From: Atractiella rhizophila
Lineage: Eukaryota
Direction: 5' to 3'
Assembly: GCA_021432655.1 (NCBI GenBank)
Contig: MU271187.1
Location: forward strand, 62,001-126,000
Length of the DNA stretch: 64,000 nucleotides
Shown here: one piece after another, positions 1-12,594 of the stretch
Layout of the letters: every line of letters starts with the position of its first letter
How positions within the stretch are numbered: the stretch's first letter is position 1
Notes under the pieces: model-generated
Told to the model about the DNA's origin: nothing
Seen by the model: only the letters and a program-made list of their open reading frames with translations
Databases searched by the model: none
Position numbers and translations under genes: made by a program

Positions 1-692
1 CTTTCCCTTGTGTTGCCCATCAATCTCGGGAAAAGGAGGGAACGAGTTCCATTCGGTTGTAGCTAAATTGAAGACGCCTGTGGCTGGAGGTGGAGAGAAC
101 ACATCTGTCAGTGCTGTCGCAGGATGGTGTGTGATGCATGATGTTCGTAGAAACGGTTTCGAGGGAGATGAAAAGGAAATGAGATTCGGAGAATCTGTTG
201 CCGAGAAAATCGTGTTCGCATTGAAGTCGGGCTGGGGAGAAGATAGAGGAGCGTTCTCTTTCTCGCAAATATTCAAGCTAGGGTCTGAAAGCGGGACTAC
301 CACAACAACAAATCAACATGCATGCAGTGACAGAGCAAACATCAAAGTAACTCACTGCTTGCATTCTCTTTCTCATCGTTCAGGGAGATATCATCAGAAA
401 ATTGGTGCCGCGGTGAAGCAACATAATAGGCATCGAGGAGCTTTATGGTAGCATCTTCTAGGTCTCCATCACAGTCACCGTCCTCGCTCCCTTCTTCGCT
501 GCCATCTTCTTCCACAGTCTCACCATCGTGTCCCTTCAAGATCCTAAAATCCCTAAGTTCCTCCTCGTCCAGCAAGCTGCTCTCAGCCTCGCTGCATTCC
601 GACAACTCGTCCCACTCTTTTTCCTCCATTCCTTCGCCAGGTTCAACGGCACCGAATTCGAGGGATGACAGAGAGTCGAGGGACAAGTCCAT
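1..692 (-). CDS. Hypothetical acidic/Ser-rich protein, 5' part; runs off the window start
   Basis: ORF 342..818 has an acidic tract from MDLSLDSLSS. GTGAGT donor near 354 and TAG acceptor near 297; the spliced frame stays open to position 1. Start codon uncertain. Confidence 0.5.
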
Positions 693-966
693 TTCGCGAT
701 GGTAGGCCAAAGAACGCGGATGGTCGGATGCAGGCAAGAAGCTAATTAATGTAAAGGCAGGTGGTTGTCGATGGCGTCGCCTGGAACGCGACTTTGTCAC
801 CTGACCACCGTGCATCATTCATCATCTTCTACCTCCCGCCGAAATAATTCTTTGCTACCATTACATATAATATTGCCATTGGCGTCTCGTGTGTGTTTGA
901 GACGCCCAACAGGTGCGCACTTTGCTTTCTGAGCAACAAAAATGTGAAATTGAGCATGTCGTAGAA

Positions 967-2769
967 ATGTCTAAAGACTTCTCCACGCTCCTCAGACACA
1001 GCAGGTTTGCTACCTGGGACCCAGTCATCGAGCAGGTGTATACCTCTCCCATTCATGGCGGCTATCGCGTTCGTATGGACTATGGCGTCAAACGTTCGCT
1101 CCCTCGTTTGGCCAAGCGCTTCCCCATGATCCGAATCCAGTCCATCGACACCACAGAAAAGTACACAGAGTTCGATAAAACGCTTAATGCTGCAAACTGG
1201 CTCAATCGCTTCGAGGCTTCCCGTACCGGCGTGCCTATGCGTATCCCTTCCACGTCATCTCTGGGGAACAACTCCGTGCCGGAGGCGGAGTTGCATGAGG
1301 TCGAGGAGGTGCAGAAGTTGTTCAGACTTTTCAATGAGGAGAAGGAGTTGCCGCCAAATTTCGTCGCCATGTCGGACCGCGAATTTCATGCTTTTGTGGA
1401 TGGCCTGAGAGGTGCGAGAGGTGCATGGTCCAAGTTTCTGGCGGCCAGGGACTGGGTCAAGAATCACGCAGGAAAGGCGAAGCATAAAAGAGATTTGACG
1501 GAGTTGGGACTTGCGAAGAAGCTCGAAGAGGTTAAATTGCGGCTAGAGGGAAAATTGAACATTGATTGGAACTTCGAGGAACTGGAGGAGGCGAAGAATT
1601 TGGAGCAGGAAAAGAAGAAAAAGAACAATGAAGAGAAGAAAGAGATTGAGCAGAAGCAAATTGAACTTGTTAAAGATGCCCGTACGTCCTTTCTGGCCGC
1701 GCTTGAGGTGATGTTGAGTTGAGGTGTAGTACAAAAGCAGAAGGAAGAGATTGAATCTCGCCTCGCTGCTCTCCAATCCAGCCCTTTCGAGCTTCCTCCA
1801 GCTGATCCCACACCTGTTGATCTCTATAGTCAAGCACAAGCTCACCTCTCGCTCTCTAAAGATAGGATGAGTTCGCCTGCTCGTGTGAAGCTGCTTCTGG
1901 AGTTTTTCGTTTTCCTTTCGCATATGGGGCCGTCTTCTTCTCCCGCACCGCCAGAAGAAACATCCAACATCAGGTCTACTTTTGATGTTCCCCCCACCAA
2001 TACTGATTTCCTTCATTCGCGGTCCAAGAGCCAACCAGCGATAACGTACTACCCACATGAATCCTTCGGTCTCTCGTACCTCCCTGACAACGCCTTCCAC
2101 CGCCAACACCTCGCTCCTACCCTTCCAGGACGAATGTTGAACGATTTGGGCATGGAGGAGAAGGACGCCAACTATCTCAGTCCCGACAATTTCTTCCAGA
2201 GGCGAAGCGTGCTCAAAAGCGCTGACGTTTCCGTCATGGGTCAAATCACCACTCTCAACCCTCACGAGGCTCATAAGAAAGATATCCGGAAGACTCAATA
2301 TTTTGAATCTGACACGGAAGGCAAAGATATGGATCGTGGACGTCTGAAGCTCCGGATTTCGAAGGTGGACATCAGCGAAAAAGGGATGACACCGTCCCTT
2401 AAATCGGCGAATCAATACGGGGCCGGATTGGGAGGCGAGTTAGGAGACAAGTGGTCGGATGGTTGGAGGTCCAGAAAGTGGCTTTTGGAGCAGAAACCGA
2501 ACGTCTCACTGCAGGTGGAGATTGCGAAGGAGTCGGATGGATTAGGGGAGAAGGCTAGGATGGGAGGAATGGACTGGATTGCGCCAAAGGCTGAAAGTCT
2601 GGATAAGGGCGTGGAAGAAGCAGTGAGAAGGGCTCAAGCTCGACGAGCGTCGAATATGATTAACAGGCGGGAGTATGATGCGAAGTTTGAAACTTCGAAT
2701 CAGCCATCGGACGACATTCTTCGGGCTTTGCTTGGGGAGATCGGAGCATCCCCGACGAAGAAAGAGTGA
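967..2769 (+). CDS. MRP51: Mitochondrial small-subunit ribosomal protein MRP51 (bS1m) family
   Basis: N-terminal FSTLLRHSRFATWDPVIEQVY...DYGVKRSLP...IRIQSIDT and a later HESFGLSY motif resemble fungal Mrp51. A GTACGT..TAG intron at 1682-1729 joins ORFs 913..1722 and 1867..2769 in frame. Confidence 0.75.
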
Positions 2770-2801
2770 TATCACTGCGTCTATTTATCCCTGCAACGTC
2801 G

Positions 2802-3276
2802 TTAATTAGGTACACTATGAGGGCTTGTTCCAGAGAGTAATGCAGCAACCACATTCCCTTCTGCCACCTTCAACAGCTCCTCAGCTTCCTTAGGCTCGAT
2901 CTCCAACTCCTTCTTAATAAGCTCGATATCTTCCTTCTTCAGTTCCCCCTTCCATTCGCTCTTCGTCTTCCCTGTAACGGGCAACGGTTCCTTGGTGTAA
3001 GACACGATGCGTTCGTATGCTTTTTGAAAAGCCACAGCATCATAACCCAGACGGTTCGAACCTATAACACTAGTTAGCACTATCATAGAGGTTTGAAAAG
3101 CAACGCTAACCTTCGCCTTGTGAATCAGCAAAGTAGAGTATGGCAGCAGATGCTGTTCGATTCACTGGCACAGGAGCTGGAGCCGCACCTCCAGTAGCTT
3201 CATAAAAATGAGCGCATGCATGAGTTAAAGTACATCACACACCTTTTCCTTTCCCTTTAACGTCTGCGTGTGTCAT
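2802..3276 (-). CDS. HYPK-like small protein with C-terminal UBA-like domain
   Basis: C-terminal LKKEDIELIKKELEIEPKEAEELLKVAEGNVVAAL is the HYPK/NAC UBA pattern. Short spliced upstream exons start at MTHADVKGKGK. Confidence 0.7.
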
Positions 3277-3819
3277 AGTAAATTCAGGTAGAATCTATCC
3301 AGCAGGAGCAGCAGTGAGGAAAATTCAAGTAGATCACGTGACTAGACACTTGCTTGCTGGGCATGTGGCGAAATGTGAATGGATAACCAATTATTCTGTG
3401 CGAGCCTGCATATTCCAATACGCAGTCGTATTCGACCTCAGAATAACAGTATATGATGGTCCAAGTTTTGACCAAATCCTCCAATCCGCTTTCGGATTCT
3501 GACATGATCACCCTCTTTCTTGTTCTTGTAACCATCAGCCAACGAGTCTTTCTCATTCGTCTCCTCAACATCCACATTTTGCTTTTTGGTATTAGGATGA
3601 ACCGTTACATGTCTTGTACTCCTTCTTCATGTACCTGCTGCCGATAAATGAAATTACTCCACACTGTAACAACATACAAGAAATTTCATGTTCCCTTCGT
3701 CGAAAGGCTTCAAAACAACATTCTGGTGAACCACTGTCCATCGGCTTCAAACGCAGAATCTTGGGTCTCAGTTGGAACATTTTCCTGGTTTCCTCTGAAA
3801 TGTGAACGCACTCGACGCT

Positions 3820-5465
3820 TCAGCTTGTGCCTTCCAGCAAATCACACCAGCTTTCCCTCCACGGTTCCAAATTGTGACTTCCTGCCCTCTCCAAAATGGC
3901 CAGCACGACTCGCTCAAAAGCACCACGGAAACGGTCCGAAGAGAGAATCTCGCGGAAGAGATCTGTTGTTACAGTCATCACCAAAGCTATACGAAGGGGA
4001 AGAAGGGAAGACGGACCTGCCATTCGTCCTGAATTACCAAGAAATGTAAGCTCTCATGTTGTAGGCAAGACTGAGTAGACTTGATCGAAAACGTACGAGG
4101 AGGATTTTTAAATGCCTGTCGCGACCAACCCAAGTCAGTGTTACAGGCAGCTGGAATCTGAAGAGGCACCTACGCCGCACCCAAACGCTCCTAGGATGAC
4201 GACCTTTTGGTTATGCCTTTGCGCAATGCCTAAGATGGTTTCGATCTTTCTCTTTGTCAATCTCTCGTCTTCAGGCCACATATATCCTTCTCCATCTTCC
4301 GTCAACTCTCTATAAACCACACCCTGTTAGGTTATGCTTTGTTTCACAGCTTCAATAATGAACATACGGCCTATTAAGCGCCGCCACACTCACGACTCCA
4401 ATCTTGAACCTCTGTTCGGGCTCTAACATTCGACAGTCGTCGTCATCACCTTTTCTAAACACAAGAACTCGTGGTGTCCAGAGTCCACCACTCTCTTCAA
4501 AAGGATACCAAGGCAGTTGGTGATTGATGCTACGGTCGCTGTTTTGTGACGGAGGCGGACTGACAAAGCTTTCACGATGTGTCAAGTGAGAGTATAGTGT
4601 AGAGCGACGACACAGGGCTTCTTCTTGTGCCATTGCGCCAGTTAGATAGCCGCCGCCTGGATGGTTGGCATTGGCCACTGCAACAACACTTAGCGATCGC
4701 AACATGCTGTAGGAAGATGTCGAAATGACACGAGATAAACGTTAGTCAAGCCAACAGATACCTCACGATGCACAAGTTGATTCAGTTACGCAAATACAAA
4801 ACCTGCAGGCCAATTGAGATGTCGCAGATTGTGCTCTTGGTTCTGCACTGTCACAATAACGAGGGTAGTAGAGAAACAATCTTTCGCGTCAAAAATAGTT
4901 ACAGCTTGAGCACAACGTTTTCATGGAAATACCATTAAATTCATGGACGAGCCAATCAAGCTCCCAATAATTATCGCACGATGGAATGAAAAAGGGCAAA
5001 TCTCGAGAACAACCACTCACTATTGAGAACTGCAACTTCGTCCTCGCTATATCCCCATTGTCTCCTAACTAATTCTGCACAATCAAAGCTATCCATGTTG
5101 TACAACCAATAGCTCGTATTCTTCTGATCACTCCCCCTCGCAACTTGGCTCGATAAGGGAAGGTTAGAGGGACAGGAGAAGTAACATATCGCTCCGTCTA
5201 GATCCCGCGTCTCCACTAGCTCAGGACAAAACAACAGGTTCTCTTCTGCAATCGCAGCGCGAGCTAGACGCTGAGGTGTCATGACTGGTCCACCTCTCCC
5301 ACGCCCCCTGCCCATTCCTCTCCCGTTCCACCTTCCGCCTGCCCTTCTGCTCCCGTTACCTCCTCTCCCACGCCCACCACGATCTCCACGACTGGGACTC
5401 GCACCTCGGGAGCTGGATGAGGAGGATGGATGAAAGAAGTTGCTGATCTTTGGCTGTGAGCTCAT
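3820..5465 (-). CDS. Microbial-type PARG / DUF2263 (TIGR02452) macrodomain ADP-ribose glycohydrolase with N-terminal PIP-box-like motif and RGG tract
   Basis: Spliced sequence gives [31 protein letters not shown] (GGG-x6-QEE catalytic loop), VILGAFGCGAFKNPP and FERVVLAI. First intron 4678-5020. Confidence 0.85.
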
Positions 5466-6318
5466 GGCTAGATAACTGCTACGACTAAACAGAGAGGAAC
5501 GTTTGATTTGGGAGAAGAACATCCACTTTTATCATCCCACTGACTCGTACCATCAATGAATCGAATCAATCCTTGAATGTGCGTCCGGACTTAGCATGGG
5601 AAGGGAGCGCGCGTGGACGCGCCACGGCGCAACAAGCGCCTGACTTGATTTTGTGCAGCTCACGTTAGCTTGAGAACAGGATGGTCCTCTGTGTCGCTCG
5701 ATGGGATGACCATTTTGCACACTTTCGCACACTCGCTTGACGGATTAGACTCCTAATAGGTCGGAAATCCATTTTGTAAGTAATTATTCCCTAGTCATGC
5801 CAATGGGGACAAGAGACAGAATCCATGATGAACATCAAAGTTCTTTCTTGGTAGGCCGCAAGCAACACGCCACACACCGAAAGAGTTGTGGAAAGCGCTT
5901 CATTGCGCGAGGAGTTGCTGATGTGGACGCAAAGGCGAATCTGAAATTTTTGTTTCGTCCCTTCCCTGCTCTAGTAAATGGAAGCCGGAACATTTTTCTG
6001 ACTTCCTTTCTGCAGGCTTAATTTTCATAGAGCACTGTCTACCCTGACCGGCGGATTCAATGTGTCGTGGTACGCCTGTGCCATACGGCCTGGACAAGAA
6101 AATGTGTTTCGGGTGGAACGAGATGACTTTGAAGACTGATGGTCTCTAGGATCACAGATAATCGCTCTTACAGGATGGACTTGTTCATTGCAGGTCTCAA
6201 GGTCTGATCGATTAGAACAAGACGTCTGCCTCGTGCGATCCATATGTAATGCATTTGTAATTTCACATTGATGACCTTTATGCTGCGAACATTTTGCTCA
6301 AAACCCAAACGTCTAACG

Positions 6319-7241
6319 TTTACTCGTATACCCAAGAAGCCTGAGCGGAGTTCCACTGGGTAATTCCTATCCAAGTTGCTCAAATTAGTGTTGGTCATCA
6401 ATAGTGTGAGAAAGAAATGGACCCTCGGGGAACCAAAGCGCGATTTCCTTTTGCGCGCTATGGATGGAAGAATCAGCCAGGAACTCATGACATCGTCGAA
6501 ACGAGGGGAGGGACGAACCTCTCAACGGCATCACTGCCGTGGCAGATGTTCCTTCCAACATCGATGGCGAAGTCTCCCCTGATGGTTCCAGGAGCGGAAG
6601 CAAGGGGATTGGTGGCACCTGACAAAACTCAGCATCAGCTAGCAGTCATCCAAGAAATCGGTAGACAGACCAAGCATGGCGCGGCCCTGCTTGACGACGT
6701 CCTTGCCCTCCCAGACCATTGCAACAACAGGTCCTTGAACAAACATCAGCCCTTCCTCATTCCTGAGGCTAAGGAGATGACGCACCAGAAGACATGTACT
6801 TGACGAGTCCTGGGAAGAAAGGCTTGGACGAGAGGTCGGCGTAGTGTTTTTCAAGGTGTTCTTTGCTGGCGTGGACAAATTTCCTTCAAGCGGCGTCACG
6901 CCAAACCCCTTGATCTAAACGATAGAGTAACTTACAGAGCAACAAGCTTGAAACCTCGCTTCTCGAATCTAGCAGCGACTAAATCTCAATGTAATGCTTG
7001 AGTAAAGAAAAGCCCACCTGCCGATGATTTCTCCGACAAGTCCTAGAACCACTGTCAGTACATACAGTAGTAAAACCAAGCTGTATTACCCCTCTGGACA
7101 CCATCGGGCCTGTCGATCATTAGCAAGGCTTTCCAAAAGGCGTTCAGCAAGCGTACTTGACCATAATGTAAGTTCTGCGCGCCATTTCGTATGTTAGTGT
7201 TTTTATTTATGTAGGAAAGCACATCGCACTCACTGCTCCAT
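6319..7241 (-). CDS. NDK1: Nucleoside diphosphate kinase
   Basis: Exons give [71 protein letters not shown] (catalytic His), EIALWFPEG and SWVYE*. Confidence 0.95.
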
Positions 7242-7418
7242 TTCTGTTGGCTATTCTTAACGCTTGATCAAAGATGTTGCTTCTTGCGATCTGGCCAAAA
7301 TTTCTCTGCTGATTGAAGCCCTAACCCTACTCGCGCATTTGTCCTTCCCGCTTTCCTTCCCGCCGTCTGTTTTCTTTTTCTGTGTCATGAGGAACGAGCT
7401 AAAGGGCGAAGGTGAGCG

Positions 7419-8864
7419 ATGGATAATATGGTGGGATACCCCGAACAGAAAGGTTTTCAGCAAATGTTTACGCCAATAAAATTATCAGGTACGAAATAAA
7501 GTCTTCGTTGGTAGAACTGGACTCAAGAGGCGGGAAGGCACGAATGTTTCAAGGGGATCTCCTAACCTCTCCCCTCCCTTCCAATGGGAGCTTAATTCTT
7601 CGCCTTTGTCGCTCAAGTCTCCGATAAATCTTGGAGACAACAATGATGAACGTGACGGTTTCTCAAAACTGGATTGCGACACGAGCCATGAATCACTCAA
7701 GCTCAAGCTGCAGACTCCAAAACTAGAAGCTACCTTGGACGCGCGAGCTACTCGACGAGCAGTAGGCAATCTGTGAGTTTTGATTAATCGTCTTCCCAAT
7801 CTTCAGCTGAGACTGTCAGTAGGGAATGGAATTGTCCAAGGTCATCTGTCCTTTCGAAGCATGGGCAGCGCAGGGTCTTCACGCCATCTTTGCTGACAAG
7901 CCCTCTCCCATCCGAAGAACTATCATTAGAGGAGTCTTCGGACGAAGAGAAGCCATATATCAACCAGCCTCTACTCACTAAGCGAAGAAAGTCGACGGGA
8001 CCGATTATGCATAAGGGAGAGAAAGTCGACAATAGGTTTTCAATTGGTAAATGGGCGCCGTTGAACCAAGAATATGCAGATGGAAAGATCGCTTCTGTCC
8101 GAAGTCACAGGAGATTCACAAATATCCCCACCACGGCTGGAAGTGCATCAACCGGTTCCCTCTGCGTGAAGGGGAAAACGACGCGGAGGGACACCATCGT
8201 CTCCTCAACGCCACAAGTCTTCTCTCCGAGTTCGAAAGGACGAATTTCCCTCGTAACATTACCTTCTACTCCAGTTCGACCTTTGAAAGTAGTGAAAACA
8301 ATGTCGAGAACGTTAATCAGCCAGTCAGTTGAGTCTTTTCACCTGGAAATGAAGTCGAAACATACCTCGAAACCTTCACCTTTTCTTTCCGACACAGCAA
8401 TTCTCGAGGGTGGAAGTACGGTCACCCTAGCTTCCTTTAGAGATCATGACTATTTTTCATCTTCGAATCAATCTTCCGATCGTGGTCAACGTCAGCGTAG
8501 AGCGACAGAAAGGATATTGGCATCAAGGTCTGGCCAAAGTGCAACCAGCATCACTACAAATTATCAACGTCGGGCTCTGAGACCGATGTCGACACCTAAC
8601 GCCATTGGGACGAAGGGTCTCGTTCGAACGTCATCGGTCCATCGTCCATCTTCTCGCCTTCCTTCTCGCCTACCGAAGCATGCTACACTTTCATCCATGG
8701 CTGAGCTAGACCGGAAGGACGAGAATACATCCTCGTTGTCTCCGAAAGGAGATAACTCAAACAGGACAGTTACCGCGCAAGGAAGAACGAGCTCGAAGAT
8801 AACTGACACGACTGTTAGCCGGAGAGGAGTTTCAGCGAGTGGGCATGTCAAGGCCCAAAAGTGA
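7419..8864 (+). CDS. Hypothetical Ser/Thr/Arg-rich disordered protein
   Basis: ORF 7890..8864 extends upstream through a GTGAGT..TAG intron (7773-7822) and a GTACGA..AAG intron to an ATG at 7419. No recognisable domain. Confidence 0.55.
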
Positions 8865-9464
8865 AACCCTGTAATTATTGTGTCTTGCGGTGTCCTTGGG
8901 CTGGCATGTCTGAATATGTTTGTAACTAAATGATAATTAATTATTGTAAGACCTAGAACATCGGGAAGTTTCTACCTCAGTGAAGTTACTTAGCGCAGAG
9001 TACTTCGCCATCCATTAAGCGGGGAAATTAGCTTGAAATATTACTCAACAAATACAAGAATACCCACTCAGGCACCTTTAAACGTGAGAATGCCTATTGT
9101 GCTTCTCTGATTCCATCCACTAAAGCAGTATGATGGTGTCTAGCAACATTGGAGCGTATAAGAAGCTCACAATGTTTCTGAATCACTCATAGAACAATCA
9201 GGGGGCCTCTCATAAGTGCATTTGTCGGGTTGTTATTCACATTTGCAACTCTCAAAAGTCCTTTCAATCGTCACGTATGTCTGGTGTGTTAAAGGCAGTC
9301 ACTTCAGCTTAAAAGTCAAGTTTAGAACTGATTAAACATTAATTATCCGAACTTTGTTCCTATGCTTCTACCAACATATCCGACCGCTGTTGCCAACAAC
9401 AAACTGAGAAGGTGGTGCGCCGAGTAGCTGTAACATACTGAAGAGGAATTCCAGCAAGTTGACC

Positions 9465-11016
9465 ATGTCCAAGTTGAAGGCTCGAGACTATCGTACCGCT
9501 TTCACAAATGAGAGCAAATCCCGCCTGGTACATCTTCCTCATGTCTTACTACGCACACACTGAATACAGCAGCAAACGTTCTATAAATTGTTTATGTTGA
9601 GGATGACTTACTGATGTGCAGATTGGTGGTGACAGACACAACGAATAAGCGACCTCCTCCTCTCCTCCCTCATCTTCACGCAATCCATCGAAGCGCACAA
9701 ACGCAAGGCTCTTTCCTTACAAGCTTGTCCCACCTGCGGTTCCAAGTCTGTCTCTCCTCCATCAAACTGTATATTGCGCTTATTGATGTGTATCCTACAG
9801 TTGCAGGACGGTACATCCCTCCGTCCCGTACAGATCGGATGGGAAGTACAACTCCGCCCCCCTCGCTGCTCCGTTACGACCCAACACTCCACTTCATTTG
9901 ACATGTTTGGAATGCGGAAAGCTAGTAGGATCCTCAACGTTCGCCTCTTACTCTCTCGTCCTTATCACATATCACGAAGATGATGGAAGAACTGCACTGA
10001 ATTGCTCGTCCGGGGGAAACAGGTACGCGAAGCACCTTTCGGGGTGTATGGACATCGAGAAGACGAATGGGAAGTTGGTGGGGACGAGGAAGAGGAAGGA
10101 GGTGGGGTATGCCGAGGACTCGAATTCCGAAATCGAGGAGGAAGCCGCTCCTCCTCAGCCTCTCTTACCTCCAGCCGCATCCACGGAAGACGCGGCGGGG
10201 GAGCGGGACGGCGAACTCTTCGTTCCCACCAACGCAGGTGAGGGTTTACTATTTATTGTTTTATTCATTATGACGTCGAAAACAGGTAGAATCTCTCCTT
10301 CGCCTACTCCACAGGCACAAACGGTGCCTCCCTCACAATCTAATCCAACAAAACGGGTGCGTGTCCTATTCCTCTCCTTCACCATCCCACTCACTCGCTT
10401 TCGAGCAGAAAAAGGAAAAAGACGCCAAATCAGGCGTGGAGAAGCCGCCAAAGAAGAAGCGGAAGACGGCGAAAGAGAAGGCGGCTGAAGCTGCAGCTGC
10501 CGCCGCTGCAGCAGCGGCTGCGGTTGTGGCGGAGGAAGAGGAAGAGGTGGTGAGGGGACGAGAGGATTCCGGGAGCGCCTGTTCGTTTCCTCCCCTCTTC
10601 TCTCTCGCTCAAGACTGACGGTGGTGGACAGCTCCTCCCGCTTTCCGAGCTGCGGTGCTCGCCGAACCTGTTGTTCGTCCAAACTTCATTCTTCATGGAT
10701 ACTTTAACTGAGATGAAATGATTGATGGGAACAGAGACCGACGACGAGTGCTTTGGCGATGCAGACTGCGAGACCGATGGGGATGCAACACCTGAACCCG
10801 TTCCAAAACGCACCTTACCCGATGTGGGGTTCGCAAATGCCTGCTCCGACCTCTATGGGAATGGGACCCGCGACGGGAACGGAGAGGAGGGAGAGCATGG
10901 ATGGTGCACAGGAGGCTGGTGTTGGAGGAGGAGGAGGAGGAGCGGTGGGGAGAAAGAAGAAGGCGAAGGAGGACGAAGACTCCGATTATGTGGTCTCGGA
11001 GGAGGATAGCGATTGA
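9465..11016 (+). CDS. SGF11: SAGA deubiquitination module subunit Sgf11
   Basis: Spliced zinc finger LTCLECGKLVGSSTYAKHLSGCM (CxxC..H...C). Upstream helix ISDLLLSSLIFTQSIEAHKRK and CPTC..CRTVH. Basic/acidic tail ends DYVVSEEDSD*. Start exon inferred. Confidence 0.75.
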
Positions 11017-11353
11017 TCTTGTCTTTTGGTTTTGCATTTTCGATTACGACATAAATTATCTGTGCATGAATCACGTGCTGGCGTGAGAGAATCTTGGCGA
11101 GGGAAAGCGATAAAGTTCGGTTGATCGATCGAACTCCGCACTCCCCCGCTCAATTGCCACTTTGTCCGTTCTTCTTTCAGCGACGTCCAGCCAAACTGCC
11201 TCACTCCCTCAGCCAACGAGCTAAAACCTCTCAGCTCGGACGCTCGAATTGCTCGAAATAGACAGCGCAGGATATATCACTCCCCTTCAACGAAGGATTA
11301 GGAAGCTGCTCGATTTCATTCAGACGACCACAATATTATTACAGCAAGACAGA

Positions 11354-12238
11354 ATGCAAGACGCCACAAGCATCCCCCTCCCGCCCTCTGCTCCACCCTC
11401 CCCCTCCTCCTCTACCACCTCCCTCTCCACGCCCTCCGATCCCTCCACCATCGCCTCCACATCCACCTCGCTCCCCTCGCCCTCCCTCTCGCTCCCCACC
11501 AACCCTCTCCCCAACAGCACCCTCCGCTCTCCCTCCGTCCGCTTCGCTCCCCTCCCCGAGACGCCGCCCCGGAAGAGCCGCACCGTCTCCCTCGGCGTGT
11601 CCAGTCGCGCGGAGATGCTCAAGGCCCAGCCTCAGCCTCAACCACCGCCTGTACCTCCGATGCCGGTACAGGTGAAGGTGCAGACGCCGCCGGGGAGCGT
11701 GCCGAGTTTGGGCGGGAGGGGTGGGTATGCGTATGCGGGACGAGGAGGTGGAGGTGCGAGGGGTGGAGGCACGTTTGGACCTGGTGGTGCGACGTATGGA
11801 CCGGGGTTGATGGGTGGAGCTGTGCGTTTCTCACTACTTTTATCTTGCAGTTTTGTCTGGGAGCGATGATGTTGACTTTTTCGATGGGTGATGGAACAGT
11901 GGTACGCTCCGCCAGCTAACACTTATGGGACGATGGCGGACTCGGAAGAGGACGTCGTGACGTACAAGGACGTGGTTCGAGGCGTGAAGAGCGCTGCGAG
12001 CTGGCTGGGGCTTCGGAGGAAGGAGAGTGGGCTTTCCAACCGGGAGAAGGAGAAAGAGAAAGGACAGAAGAAGAAGGACGCGGATGGAGAGGAGGAGTGG
12101 GTGGAGGATTCGGAGGAGTGGGAGGGGAAGGACGTGTTTGCTAATTTGCGGTTGGAGCCCAAAGGGAGCATTTTGAGGAATGGGAGCGAGACTCCGAACC
12201 AGGGAAGGGAGCTTGGAAGGAGGGCCACCGTCATCTAA
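11354..12238 (+). CDS. Hypothetical Pro/Ser-rich protein
   Basis: ORFs 11249..11869 and 11888..12238 appear joined by an intron starting GTGCGT near 11823. Contains SVRFAPLP...VSLGVSSR and strong codon bias. Confidence 0.6.
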
Positions 12239-12594
12239 TTCTTTCCTCACTTTTTAAGCCCATTTTAAGTAATAATAAGGTGATTGTTTCGTCGTATTCT
12301 GGGTTGTGTTACGATTTGCCGTTTGTTTGATTTACTCGGTTTGCTTGTGTAGCTCTCTGCATGTTGGTCAAGGCCATATCTCGGTTGGTGGTGAGACTGT
12401 GCTGTGCGTGTCGAGTAATTCCGCGTTCCTTAAAACTCTTCCAACTCTCTGCTTCCTTCTTCCTTACGACCTCTCGCTTCTCCTTCTCAGCAGCGTTGAG
12501 CTGTTTGTTGTTCATCTTAGTCGTGTTTAGAGCGTTTGAAAGGGATCCAAATTGTGATCCCGACATTCAACAGCAGTTAGCTAATCAGGCCGAG

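Noticed and set aside
3050..3065. GGTTCGAACC T-loop/B-box-like motif
   Set aside because: Lies at an intron-exon boundary of the HYPK-like gene with no cloverleaf. No tRNA, rRNA or CRISPR array was recognised anywhere in the window.
3400..3819. Open frame beyond the PARG stop (ORF 3592..3780), suggesting readthrough or extra exons
   Set aside because: The PARG domain is complete before the stop and the downstream peptide has no motif; likely 3' UTR.
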